DNA from: Paraspadella gotoi
Taxonomy: Eukaryota > Animalia > Chaetognatha
DNA: 64,000 bases
NCBI GenBank assembly: GCA_051294375.1
Contig: CM119271.1
Coordinates: 614,721 to 678,720, forward strand
Direction: 5' to 3'
Part shown: one piece after another, positions 13,427 to 26,599 of the stretch
Layout: each line of letters starts with the position of its first letter
Position numbering within the stretch: the stretch's first letter is position 1
The notes under the pieces: model-generated
The model's input: only the letters and a program-made list of their open reading frames with translations
Databases searched by the model: none
What the model was told of the DNA's origin: nothing
Program-made: the position numbers and the translations under genes

Positions 13427-13673
13427 TATGGCAACGGGAGGAATGCCTGTGATACCGGGGGCGCGAGATATCTCACCTACTGGCATAGGGGTTTCGGACC
13501 TTCAGGGACCGCCTCCTGTCAGTCACTGGCATGTTTAGACCGGCTCCATCACATTTAAGCCAGAATCGGGATGCCCTGGGATTGAACCCGGGAAGCAAGG
13601 TTGTAACGAGATGATTTAGCCTGCTCAGCCATTGAGACGAGGCTGCGAACGCACAACAGTGAGGCAGCTTTAA
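13427..13673 (-). mobile_element. Solo LTR with Pol III A/B boxes (Helenus-like)
   Basis: Minus strand has A box TGGCTGAGCAGG and B box GGTTCAATCCC. Its 3' half is homologous to the 62-kb LTR and ends gttgccata. 4-bp TSD GTCT (13423-13426 / 13674-13677). Confidence 0.75.
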
Positions 13674-13894
13674 GTCTTGCTGCCATCAAAGAGGGCGTAA
13701 TTCATCATCCAACCTTCTCCTTTTAATTTACCCCCCTCCCTCGGCCCATCCACACCCCACAGGCTCGTACAGCGAAGCCTTCTTTTTTTCCGGTGGACTT
13801 TTCTTTTTCGCCGCCGTCGCGATGAGCGTGGTTGCCCGCCTCTTCGCCTCCGCTTCGAGCGGCGACGGCGAAATCGGTGGAGGCGATGGCGAAG

Positions 13895-14680
13895 GCGAGC
13901 GCGAATAGGACGAAGGCGACATCGAATTGGATGAAGGCGACAGCGAATTGGATGAAGGCGACAGCGAATAGGACAAAGCCAACGGAGAATAGGACAAAGG
14001 CAACAGCGATTAGGATGAAAGCAATGGAGAATAGGACAAGGGTGACAGCAAATAGGATGAAGGCGATGGAGAATAGGACAAAGGCGACAGCGAATAGGAC
14101 AAAAGCAATGGCGAATAGGACCAAGGCAACAGCGATTAGGATGAAGGTGACAGCGAATAGAACAAAGGCAACAGCAAATAGGAGAAGGCGACAGCGAATA
14201 GGACGAAGGCAACATTGAAATGGATAAAGGCGACAGCGAATAGGATGAAGGCAATAGCAAATAGGACGAAGGTGATGGAGAATAGGACAAAGGTAATGGA
14301 GAATAGGACAAAGGTGACAGCAAATAGGACCAAGGAAACAGTGATTAGGACCAAGGCGACAGCGAATAGAACGAAGGAGACAGTGATTAGGACCAAGGCG
14401 ACAGCGAATAGAACAAAGGAGACAGTGAATAGGACAAAGGCGACAAAAAATAGAACAAAGGCGACAGCGAATAGGAAGAAGGCGATGGAGAATAGGACAA
14501 AGGCGACAGCGAATAGGAAAAAGGCAACAGCGAATATGACAAAGGCGGCAGCGAATAGGATGAAGGTGAGACCAAATTGGACGAAGGCGACAGCGAATAG
14601 GACAAAGGCGATGTTGAATAGGACAAAGGCGACTGCGAATAGGACGAAGGCGACGGCGAATAGGACCAAGGCGATTAGGA
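13895..14680. repeat. 21-bp minisatellite (consensus gacagcgaataggacaaaggc), roughly 37 units, possibly coding on the minus strand
   Basis: Regular 21-nt period; five of six frames largely open, with TAG recurring in one + frame. Confidence 0.92.
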
Positions 14681-14723
14681 TGTATAGACTATAGTCCACC
14701 ACTTCTATCCAGTGCACTCCACG

Positions 14724-17325
14724 CATAATGATTAGACCTCCCCAGTATCAAAAAATTGTCTCCCAAGTTCTCACTCGGTTCGGTTTCCCGTTATTTATCA
14801 ATATTAAATAAGTTTTAACTCAAATCTTGAAAAAAAATGTGACCGCGTATCAACCCAATGTAGCGTCAAAGTCAATTAGCGCAATCCTCCTGTTGTAAAT
14901 TTTTTTTTTCTCAAAAAAATCTAATGATTTTTCCTTATTATTAATTTTTTATTAAATAATTTGCTACCAATGATTTAAAAGTAAATTAATTATTTAAAAA
15001 GTATATTTTTTAAAACAGGACATCTGTATAAACCGGATGTAAGGTAAAAATAACCGGAGGTAAAGGAAAAATAACCAAGGCAATTAAAAGAACTAAAACT
15101 TAACATTTGAAGAGCTTATGCCTACAATACAGAGAGTAGGGAGATACAGTACAGTATATATATACAAAATATATAAAACATATAATATAATATATATAAT
15201 ATATATTAAGTGTAAGATATAACATAAGAATTATGTTTAGAGAAAACAAAGTTTTTATTGTTTACAAACAACAATCTTTTTGTTTAAAAAACGAACATGG
15301 TTAAATTTTGATTTGTTACGAGATAGACTCTTGGTTGTTTATAATTAAATTCGTATTTTGCCGCTTAGGAAGTATCTGATTAAGTATTTTAAATGTAGAT
15401 CTCGGATTGGTCAGTCCTTTTTCTCTGTTCCTTACCCAAAGTTATAAAAGAGACGTACTTACTTAAAGCTGTGAGGATAAATTACCAATGATTCATGACA
15501 GTTAGTAAAAATTTAAAATGTTATATTTGCAATTTTATGATTAAGTTTAAAGTTGACTATTTTTTAATAAGTTTCTCTTTTTTATGTTGAATAATAGACT
15601 TGCTACATGATTCACGCCTCACGCCCATTTTATATCTACTACAATAAATATTACTAAATTGATATTCTTCAAATTTCTATAAAGAAATAGCAAAGCAGAA
15701 AATACTAGCTCGTTCACGGTAAAATCCTCAATAGACATGTTTCAACTCTGTGGTTGCAAGAGAGAGAGAGAGAGAGAAAGAGAGATAATGGTTGTCAACA
15801 AAGAACTAAGAAAATAAAGTAAAAGTTTTGAAAGCCAAAATGGTGAAAATGAAATTATCAAATTGTGAATAGTTTGAGTTGCCTCACTTTCTGATTGATT
15901 TTAAAAATGACGACAAAGGAGGATTCGAGAATTGTTTATTACAGTTTAAAATGGCCAACAAGGGAGTAAAAGCATTTGATTTGTTTGTAAACAAGTGCAA
16001 ATAAAACAAAATCTTGGTTAAAAAAAACCAAAAACCAAAACCCAAAAACCAAAAACCATTCAAAGTTGGAGGCAACTGCCGGACAGTGATATCAATTGTT
16101 GGATCAGGGATAAACTTTTGGGACAATGCTTAATACTACTCAATATGTCCATTGAGCCCGCTACACCTGTCAAGAGCCCCTCTTCCACCTGACAGTAAGG
16201 TGAGCAGTCATCCGTTATTGGCTTCTTTTGCAACAGAAGTGAACGGACTCCCCTTCCTCTATCCAAAGTATTCTTTTTGAGGGGATGCCCGGTTCGTGAG
16301 AGAACGAACTAAGTTGCTTCAGTAGGGTTGACCTTATTTTGCTTCCCTTAACTCTGTCTCTTCTCTACTTATCCCATCCACTCTCCATTCTCCTGTTCTT
16401 TGTTAAAACCTTTATCTCTCTCCAGCTGTATTCTAATAAAGACAGCTTCTTCAGTGATATGTCAATTTAAAACTTAATTCCCATTATTTTTAATTATTAT
16501 TTCCAATTTTTTTAATTATTATTATTACCATTAGTAGATTAATTATTATTATTATTATTTCAATTATTTTAATTATTATTTTTTAAAGAACAAAAATTTA
16601 GAATGATGGAGATTTAAGTTCGTCTTTTGATCAAGGAAAAAAATAAATTTTATAAAAACCATTGAGAATTAAATATTGTATTTCAGTTCAATTTGGCTCT
16701 TTATCTAGCAAAAAGGTTAGGAAAAAATTTTGTGGAATTTCCATAAATTGCCTATACAAGTAATTTTTTTTTACCTGAGGTAAAAATATTACCGTTTAAT
16801 TTTGAATTGATTGAGGATTACTAAAGCTTGCCCAAAACTCATTGCCCATTGCTTGAAAAACAAAGATAAAAAATAATTTGTTAGATTATCAGAATAATAA
16901 AATATAATAAAAATCTATTTTTTGTTATATTTAAAAATTAATTTTCATTAAAATTGGAACAATAAAAACACTTATAGCTGAAAACCTTACTTCCGGTTGA
17001 GGCCACGCCCCATAATAAACAAGATATTTTTTAAAATTTTATAAAACAAAAATAGGAGAAGAAGCTACTGGTATTTTTTTAACTAATATTGGTAAAAATC
17101 CTTATGTTATAGCATATTAACCTTTCTTTAAAATTTATTATCATTTTGCGCTATATTTTTTGCAATCAATACTTCGTTACTTTGACGCTCGATTGGGTTT
17201 ATTAGCAACATTATTTTTTGCCTAAACAGGCTTTTAAAATGAATTTAAGTTAAGAAATAATGGAAAACCGGACCGAGTGAGAACTTAGTATGGGGTTTTT
17301 TGAGGCTGGGGAACTCTAATAATGA
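14724..17325. mobile_element. 2.6-kb segment bounded by diverged inverted repeats (old non-autonomous TIR element or two opposed copies)
   Basis: 14731-14800 (ccccagtatcaaaaaa...aagttctcactcggttcggtttcc) is inverted at 17255-17320; aacccaatgtagcgtcaaagt is inverted at ~17178-17200. No TSD identified. Confidence 0.5.
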
Positions 17326-18239
17326 TTATCGGTCGTAAATCAGTTTTAACTTTGGCCGATTATTGATTATTTTTTTCTGCGCCCTTCGTATACATGTCAT
17401 ATGCCACGTTGTATTTAGCACAGAGATGTGGACGCATAACGGAAAGCGTAAGCGAACACTGTGGAAGCGGCCGATTTTTGAAGAACCCGAAACCGGGAGC
17501 GATAGAAAAATTGAGAATAAAGGATTGAACCCGGAAGCTATAATAACCCTGCGTGTTCGCTTCCTGGTCATTTTTTTTTATTGGTTAGAAATGAAAGGTA
17601 TTTAATGTATTAAAATCTTTGCAACCCCTTGCTCTTTCTTGATTTTTTTTTTTAAATTTTTTTTAAAAATATTTATTTTCAACATTTAAAATTGTTTGCT
17701 CTTAATTTTTTTATTCACTTTTTCTTATTCTCTTCTTTTATTTTTTGGTTTTTTTTTGTTCTCTCTTCCTCTTTGGTCAAGAATCTATGAAAAAATTACA
17801 TATTTATTTTTTTAATTATTTTTTTTTACTATATTGAAATAAAATCTGAGCTGAACAAAATATTTTTTCTATCTGAAAAAACTGTAATTATAAGTTAAAT
17901 TAAAATATAAATTAAACTTTTTAATTCTATAAACTAAAAATTTTATTTTCTATATTTTTTTAAAAAATTTAAATCTACTTTTTTAAAATCCATAAGGTTT
18001 TTCAGGTTACGAACAAGTTTGAACCAAAAGGATTGATCTGCTTTATTGGCATGGCAATATTGCATAATATTGTGCTTATACATACTTATATCTCTAACAC
18101 ACTCTCTCTCTCTCTCTATCTTCTTCTTTTTTCCTCTCTCGCACTGAACAAAAAAAGTAAATAAAAAAAATATATATAAATAAATCAAAATTATTAATTA
18201 ACAAGTTTGAGCAAACAATTCCGGATCTACCCACGATCA

Positions 18240-18990
18240 CATCACGCATAAAACTGGGTAAAACCGAAAAGGAATAGTTTTAACGTTTACCGCGTTGGAA
18301 TTCGAGAATTCAGTTATCTTTTCTTTGTTTTATTAATTTTCCCTGAAATTTTTTTTTGTTCGCATACGGCGAATTCAAGAGGATAAAAAGACCTTTCAAC
18401 TGGTTACTGAAATTCATGGATATGTCTCACGGTATGGCCCGCACGAAAATGAAAATCCTTCAGAACGTATTTAGTTGTTTTTACTTTCCTTTTCGATAAA
18501 ATGTATCTTTTTATCATAAATTTTAGATTCTATTGATACCAAACTCTAATATTCTGCTGACAATGGTTTTACAGCGGCAACTATACCTTATCAAGACATT
18601 TGCTTTGAAGAAATTTTTGAGAGTCTCTCTTCTTTTCTCTCTCTCTCTCTCACTGTCTCTCTCTCACTCTCTCTCTCTGATTTTCATCCTACTCATCTGC
18701 TTCATCCTCCTCATTCTTACTAACTCTTTCTTACCATAGAAATGATTTGAATTTAGAATGCAATGTCTAATCAAATAAACCAATCTCGATATTTTGTAAT
18801 AAAAACCTTTTTATGCAATAGTAATTAGGAATTAATTGTTGGAAAAAAAATTGAGAAAAAAGTTAGGAAAAAAAATTAAGGAAAAAGAAATTTTTTAAAA
18901 AATCTGAAATTTAAAAAAATGGTCAAGAAGATTCCAAAATCTTTTTGTATACTCGATTGCGAAAAAATATACCCCGTTTTATGCGTGATG
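18240..18990. mobile_element. 751-bp non-autonomous TIR element inserted into a HINE end
   Basis: TIR catcacgcataaaactgggta / taccccgttttatgcgtgatg; absent from the inverted homologous arms at ~26520 and ~37405. Confidence 0.8.
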
Positions 18991-18994
18991 TTAG

Positions 18995-20030
18995 CGGTAA
19001 TTAATTAATTAATTAGTTGAAAAATAATAAATTATTTAATTAATTACATATTGATTAATTAAAAGAATAACATCGAACATTTTGGAGCTCAAATGATTTG
19101 AACAAAGATGACAACGACGACGAATATAATGACGAAGACGACAACAAAGACTTTGTGACCCGTAGTACAGTAGTGGTCAATGATAATGACTTGTTCTTAC
19201 CCGACCTTGTTATAGCTGACCTTTTTCTCAGCCAATGTAAATACTAGTTGTTGTTGTTATTATTTTTATCATTTTTGCTTTTTTACTGTTTTTGATAATA
19301 CCAGTTTTTTTTTATCACAAAAACACTCCTCAAATTTTTCTATAAATTTTTGTTTTGAGTCACCGCAAACATTATAAAAAAATTTCAATTAATTAATTAA
19401 ATAATTAATGATGGCGATCACGAAAATGATAACACCGACGATGACAAATTGATTGATTGCTTAATTTTTTGATTGATTGATTGAATATTTGATCAATTGA
19501 TTGAATAATTAATTAACTGATCAGTTCTGGCATTGTTAGCTCAAACTTGTTTGTTTTTTCATCTTTTCATTATGACAAAAGAAATGACGACCATGATGAT
19601 GATTATGACGACGAAAATAACACCATCATGATTAATTGAATGATTGATTGATCAATTAAATGAGATTCATATCAGGCCTGTTAGTTTTTAGATCTTTTTG
19701 TCTGGTCACTGACCAGGACAAAAGCAACAACGACGTTGGAGATGACGACAATGATAACACTGACATTGTTTGATTAATTGGTGCTTTTAATAATTTATTG
19801 ATAAATAAATTTATTAATTTATTGATTGATAAATTAATTGATTAATTAATTAGATGATTGATAAAAAATTGACTCTTTAATTTTTGATTGATTAGTTGAT
19901 TAGTTAATGGATTGATTGATTAATTAATTGATTAATGGAATAATTAATGCAGCTTGTATTTACATTTAATAAAAAAGAAAAAAGCAAATAGGGAAACAGG
20001 TTTTTTGTTTTTTTCATTTAAACTCATTTC
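18995..20030 (+). repeat. Left arm of a ~1-kb inverted repeat (HINE-derived); right arm at 25530-26590, again at 30130-31210 / 36405-37465
   Basis: Reverse-complement identity, e.g. gtgacccgtagtacagtagtggtcaat versus attgaccactactgtactacgggtcac. Confidence 0.85.
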
Positions 20031-20099
20031 CACTCGAACGATTCTTACAATCTTACAAATCTTACAATTTTTCATAGTAAAAATTTCACTTGTTAATTG

Positions 20100-23000
20100 T
20101 TAGCAAAAAAGATTGTTTAAAATTATTCTACCAATGAATTTTATGTCTAAAGAGAATACTTTTATAAATAATAACAAATGTAAAATTTCTAAAGGAAGCG
20201 ATATGCACTCGTAACCGAAAGCAATCCGGGCTAAAAAAGTAAGGATTGCGCCCGAAAATGGGAGCGGGAGGGGTCTTGGGAAGCGCCGGATTGGCAGCGG
20301 CGAAAAATCGATCGCTTCCACATCTCTGGTTTTGGATGCTCCCGCGAAGCCAGGCGAGCTCCTCCATCACTGGTGGCAGAAACATGGAGGATGCTATAAA
20401 TTTGCTCAACTCAGACGAGATATGTTTCACTTCAAAGGAAATTCTGAGCCCCCTTCTTCCGAACCGGATATTGTTGTCAACTTCTTCATGAGAAATGAGA
20501 AACATAAAGAAGGCCTCTGAGGAACTCCCAAATATCGTTGAAAAGGCGCGGATTGCAGCAAGAGTGGTTGAAAACAGGAGAGCTGTTACGGCAACAACAT
20601 TAGGACAAAGATCTGGAGGAAGACCTATCCAGGCTCAAACTCCAATCCCGTCTTCAAGTTCAAGACCGGCTCCATCTCCAACACCGTCTTCAACTCGATC
20701 GTCAAACCGGGCCCCTCCAACAACCTCCAACAGCTTGATTGACTACAAAACGAAAATGGAAAAACGACCGGAGATAGCGATGGAAAATTCCATAGGACCC
20801 GACCCTGGAGTCAGTGGACCTTCAGTGAAAACCCGCAACTCCGTGAATCTTCCAGAGAGAGGACATGGCCGCCAGGCCCTCCGCCCTGGACACAGTCAAC
20901 AGGCCCTCTGCTCTGAACATGGCCATTGGCCAATCGGCCAGTTCTGGAGTTGGATGAGGCCACAGTATGAATTTGGATAACAGCTCCGGATCAGAAAAGG
21001 AACTGCCCCCCCACATCGCCGTATACGTTCGAGGATGCGGCGAGGGCGCGGCGGATCCCGATTTTTAACATCTCAAGATCANNNNNNNNNNNNNNNNNNN
21101 NNNNNNTGAAAGGCTTCACTCGCCCGTCAAATATCAACGTGGGACCCAACTACAATCTCCGCCCCGGTGAAGTTGACGGCATCCTTGAAGTAGAAGACAT
21201 GAGAAAAAAACAAACCTGATTAAACAACGGAAACCATTACCGGAAAATTGGAAAAGAACTTCAGTTTTTGAACGTTTAGGCAATGAAACCCTCAACAGGA
21301 TTCGAGAAGAAGTAAAACAAATAACGACTACAAAAATTTGGCAGTGCAGCACCAGAGTTGAATCCAGAGCCCAGAAATTCATAAAATGTAGAACGCGGCG
21401 CGGATGCTTTATGCCAAAAGAGCTCCGCCCCCGCCAAATGTTGGTAAGGTGAGCGCAAGGCCATTGCCTCATCAAGCGCAATCAGGAGATCATGGTTCAT
21501 CCCGCGGACAAGGAAGAGCTGCGGTAATCAGGGGCGCCGCTTGAGGAAGATCGGTGTACGCCAACCCAATTGGATGATATCATGGCACTGCTGCGGCTCG
21601 ACCTGGAACTGGAGTACTTCAGGTTCGATGGCCAGTACTATGCCCAGCCTGGTGGCTTAGGGATGGGCAAGTCAACATCAAGTCCTCTGGCAGATTTTTT
21701 ATATGGAGGACTATGAGGTGGAAGCTTTGGCCTCTTTTGATTGTTGCATGTGGCAGAGTCAGTCCTCTTCTGGTATCAGAAGGCAGATGATACTATTCTG
21801 GCCTGAGGAAGGACCCCTCAAGGACCTCTTAAATCACTGAACAGCATACATGCGAGAATCAAGTGGACATGTGAGAAGGAGGTGAATGGGTTAATTCCAA
21901 TGATCTATGTGTAATTCAGCGCAAAGAGGGTGGCTTATTGAAATTTTCAGTCTACTGCAAACCGACCCAAACCGATCAGTACATTTCCTTTGACTCTCAT
22001 GCCCCTTATCCCACAAGTTCGCCATGGTCAGAGCCCTTACCAGAAGAGCTCAGCCGATTCTGTCGACCCCCGAGCTTCAGGCCGCGAGCTTGAGCACATC
22101 AAAAGAGCCTTGGCGATCAATGGATACCCTCTGTGAGCCTTCGAGAAGGCTAGGTATCGGCCGCGCCTGCTGAGGGCAGTGGCCAACCAGGGGCTGCCCA
22201 AGTAACCGCTGACGCAGTTTCTTCCTCCGCCCCCAGGAGGAAGAAAGGGTGATTGCTGCTGAAGAGCCTACCGCGCCCACCACAGCGCATCAGGAAGATA
22301 AGCGCCCTAAAGAACGTGGGTCACCTGTCCCTCCCCTTCCACCAGGGGATCACTGAAGCATTGGTGCGGGTGCTGGCAAAGCAGGAATCTCCACCTCAGT
22401 GACGACCCGTGGCTCTCTATGTGAGCATTTCGTGAAACCGAAAGATAAAATTCCAGACCAAAAAACATCAGGAGCCGTCTAGTGGGCGGCCTGTGCAGGG
22501 GGGCAACCAAGCCTGCACAGCAGCATACGTGGGCGAGACAGGCAAGTCTCTGACAGATCGATTCCAGCAACAACAAAGCCTATCGTGATGCCCGAGGTCA
22601 CTACTTGTCAGCAATTGCCGAACACTCGGCAAATACAGGCCATCTGTTCAAGAAATTAGACGGTCTTGTGCTGTCCATGACCCGAACTGGTTCTAAGAGG
22701 TATTAGAGCCAGTCTACATCAAAGCTCTCGAGCCCTCTTTGAACCGTGATGGAGGACGATTCAATCTCCCTCCAAGCTATGATTCGCTTATCAAAAGCGT
22801 GGTGAAGTCCCCCGCCTCCACCACCTCTGTACAATGACTCCCTACCTCCACTCAACGAGGCAGGCAGAGACCCTTTCGCAGCCAATGGACAGGTGATGCC
22901 TCTCCTTCAATGCAGCAACTCAGTCCCTCTCTCTGTGGACTGAGTCGCCCAAAACGACGGCTGCAGGAGGAGGGAGAGGAGTCCACCATCCTGCCGCGAA

Positions 23001-23200
23001 AGCAGCAAGAACGGACACCCACCCATCTCACCAGCAGGCGAGAAGAGTGCAGTCAGCAAGCGTAACAGGCCAGAGAGACATAAGAATAGCACTAGGAATG
23101 TTCCGCAAGGAGCAATCCCCAGCCCGGCACTTACCAGCTCAGTAACACTCTCCTCTCAATCATTGACATGCTAATGACCTGACCACATCGTCCTTGTTTC
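20100..23200 (+). mobile_element. Penelope-like retroelement (RT + GIY-YIG endonuclease), internally deleted and degenerate
   Basis: PADKG; YFRFDGQYYAQPGGLGMGKSTSSPLA (RT motif B); KADDT (motif C); IKWTCEKE; FSVYCKPTHTDQY; INGYP; LPFHQG; GAV*...C...C...YVGETGKSLTDRFQ, SAIAEH, LNRDGG. Contains a 25-N gap at 21082-21106. Confidence 0.92.
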
Positions 23201-25427
23201 TCCTTTGCTCCACCAAGGGGGCCAGCTCATTTGAGTTCTATCTTTATCTCTTATATTTCATCTTTTCTTTAACTTAACTATCCCTGTTAGAATGATTTTA
23301 AATCAAACAAATTCTCTTCGTGAATATCTGAATCACGTCAATTGGTTTTTAGTCTCAACTTTAATGATTTTATATTATCTTTACTCTCATTGGTCGAATT
23401 CTACCAATAGTAGTTAGGAGTCTACGTCGTTCTTAGAGATCGAGGAAGACTTTTTAAATGGAGATTTTCGTTCAAATCTGACTACCAACAATATAAACGC
23501 TCCTGGTAAAAATTCTGGTAAAAATATCAATGTAAAAACATTGATTCCGATCCTGTTGCATCTGAGGGCTCGCATTTTTTTTCTCTTGTCAAATCATCTC
23601 ATCTTGATATCAAACAAGCCAGAACAAATAGACTACTTCTGGACAAAAAAATTTTCCATCTCTGATTTTATATAGAAATGAAAGGGATTTTTTCTTTGAA
23701 AACGATATAAACGTGACTGAGGTATGTTCCTGTTCAACAAATGAGGTCCAATTTTGGAATCCTTTGGCAAAAGTGTCTGAAGGGCTCTCAAATTTTTCTT
23801 TACTTTTATTTGGTTATTTTGATATGATAACGATCATGGTAAAGTGAATTAGTCTATTTTGGTGAAATTTTTATTTAAAGTAAAAGTAAAAGAGGATCTA
23901 ACGATCGGAATTCTAAGAGTTTTCAACGGGAGTCAGATTCGGCAAAAATCTTCTATGGCGAAAAATCTTCCAAAGAAGGGGTGAATTTTCCGAAGATTTT
24001 GGTTAATATTTTCTATATTTATGGTCGGATTTTTTTGAAACTTAATATTAACAATATTGCCATCATTCTACCTTGGCCGGTATAAGATATATTAAACCTC
24101 GGCTTGTTCGTCAGAGCTTAGTCTATAGTAGTTTATGATGAATTCTCAATATTTTAAGAAGATCTCTCTTCATTGTCCATTAAATTTAGTCTTTGTATAA
24201 AAGAAAGGGAAACTTTTATTTTTGAGAGATGCCCTGGACCATAAGGTAATTGATTGATTTACTGAATTATAAATAGTAGAGTTACGTGTTTTAGAATCAG
24301 GAGACTTTTCATGAGATTTCTTAAACTGACTACCAATAATGTAACCCCCTAAATTGGAATCAGTGTAACTGATTCGATCTGTCATAGGGCTGATTTTCTT
24401 GACATTCACATTTGAATCAAAGTCAATAGAATCGAAATTACTTTAAAAGGATTCTAACTTATAAATAGAGTATTTGATCAAATTCTCGATCCTACAATGT
24501 CTAGGGTTCAATCTCTTTTGTATATTAACAGATACGACAGGTAAGTGAATTACATTTTGGGATTTTATTAAATAGTGAGCTAAGATCGTTCTAAGTTTTC
24601 AAGGGATCAGATCGAAACTATTCGATCTCCAGAGGTGATCCCGAAGATTGGTTATATCATATTTACGGATTTTTTGAACAACATCAAATTGCATCATACA
24701 TTGTCGGTCAAGAATATTAAAACTCTGATTTTCTAGACTTAGTCCTTAAATAGGTGAAATTAGTATTAATAAATGGTTATTTTTGTAGCTTTTGAGCTTC
24801 CACAGCTCTTCCAATGGCTCTTCTAGCTCTCAATGGCTCTACTGATTGCTATTTCGATTGTCCTTATAACTGTCAACTGAATTACACTAACTTCAATTAA
24901 TACTACTAATGGCGTTACGGTTATTGATAGTCAACAATAGAGAAATTAATATGAGATGCTCAATTGTGTTCCCAAGTCCGTAAGGAAATGTGCAATCTCT
25001 AACAATCCCTAACAAATGTAATTTTTTCACATTTCACATTCAAATCTATATTTCATTTAATTTATATTTAGCAAATTGTTATTTCCACTATTATTCCGCT
25101 TTAAAATCTTATATCTTGTTGTACATTGCACAAATGTATCATATACCTCTTTCTCTTCTCTTCCCCTATCTCTCTCTCTTTCTTTAAAAACTTATATCTT
25201 TGTTGTACATTGCACAAATGTATCATATTACCTCTCTCTCTCACTCTCTCCCTGTTTGACCATTTCACTTTCTTTTCAAAAACTCACTCAATCTGTCCTT
25301 GCCTTCACCTGTCCTCACCTCTGACCACTATTCTGTCTCACCACTTTGTTGGAAACTTCTTTCTCTTCTCTCTCTCTCTCTCTCTCTCACACACATTTAC
25401 TTTTGCAAAAGTTTTTGATAGTCTGTC

Positions 25428-25471
25428 AAACACTGATGAAGGCTCGAACAAGAGTCGAAACATGTCTGTTT
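25428..25471 (+). ncRNA. Minimal type I hammerhead ribozyme (PLE pseudo-LTR type)
   Basis: aaaca-CTGATGA-a-ggctc(gaacaa)gagtc-GAAA-catg-TC-tgttt: stem I, conserved core, stem II, palindromic CATG stem III; AATAAA ~6 nt downstream. Confidence 0.85.
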
Positions 25472-26599
25472 ATATTGAATAAAAATCGTTGGAGTACAAA
25501 CTCTAAACTTTGTTTTCGCTAAAATAAAAAAAAATGAAAAACCTGTTTCCCTTTTTGCTTTTGTAAATAAAAGCTGCATTAATTAATCAATTAATTAATC
25601 AATCAATCAATCAACTAATCAATCAAAAAATTAATGAATCAATTTTTTATCAATCAATTAATTAATCAATTAATTTATCCATCAACTAATTAATCAATTT
25701 ATTTATCAATAAATTATTAAAAGAACCAATTAATTAATTAATCAATCAATTAATCAATCAATTAAACAATGTCAGTGTTATCATTGTCGTCATCTCCAAC
25801 ATCGTTGTTGCTTTTGTCCTGGTCAGTGACCTGATAAAAAGACCTAAAAACTAACAGGCCTGATATGAATTCATTAATTGATCAATCAATCATTCAATTA
25901 ATCATGACGGTGTTATCCTCATCGTCATCATCATCATCATCATGATCGTCATTTCTTTTGTCATAATGAAAAGACAAAAAAACAAAAAACAAAAATGCCA
26001 GAACTGATCAGTTAATTAATTATTCAATCAATTAATCAAATATTCAATCAATCAATCAAAAAATTAAGCAATCAATTAATTTGTCATCGTCGGTGTTATC
26101 ATTGTTGTGGTCGCCATCATTAATTATTTAATTAATTAATTAAAAATTTTAATAATGTTGTGGTGACTCAAAACAGGAATTTATAAAAAAATTTGAGGGT
26201 GTGTTTTTTGTGATAAAGAAAAACTGGTATTATCAAAAACAGTAAAAAAAGCAAAAATGATAAAAATAATAACAACAACAACTAGTATTTACATTGGCTG
26301 AGAAAAAGGTCAGCTATAACAAAGGTCGGGTAAGAACAGGTCATTCTTATTGACCACTACTGTACTACGGGTCACAAAGTACCAAAGACTGTCATTGTAT
26401 TCGTCGTTGTTCAAATCATTTGAGCTCCCAAATGTTCGATGTTATTCTTTTAATTAATATGTAATTAATTAAATAATTTATTATTTTTTCAACTAATTGA
26501 TTTAATTAATAATTACCGCTAATGATCGTTGACAGATCTGGCATGCTCAAACTTGTATAAATTATTTAAATAATTTTTTGATTTATTTATTTGTATATG

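Noticed and set aside
13480-13510. ctgaaggtccgaaa (minus strand) as a hammerhead core in the LTR
   Set aside because: No CUGANGA or stem II, and homologous LTRs read ggaag rather than gaaa.
13560-13640. Functional tRNA gene (also ~45195-45270)
   Set aside because: A/B boxes are present but there is no full cloverleaf, and the sequence lies inside TSD-flanked repeats.
13895-14680. CRISPR array or membrane protein (FVLFAVA)n
   Set aside because: Contiguous tandem units with no spacers in a eukaryotic context; the hydrophobic frame is a by-product of purine skew.
16146-16464. Possible solo LTR (TG...CA with AATAAA)
   Set aside because: No TSD and no second copy in the window.
23165-23200. ctaatga after the PLE stop codon as a hammerhead
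   Set aside because: No stem II or GAAA follows.
23400-24540. Possible degenerate exons downstream of the PLE
   Set aside because: Some splice-like signals, but no consistent frame or recognisable product in either copy.
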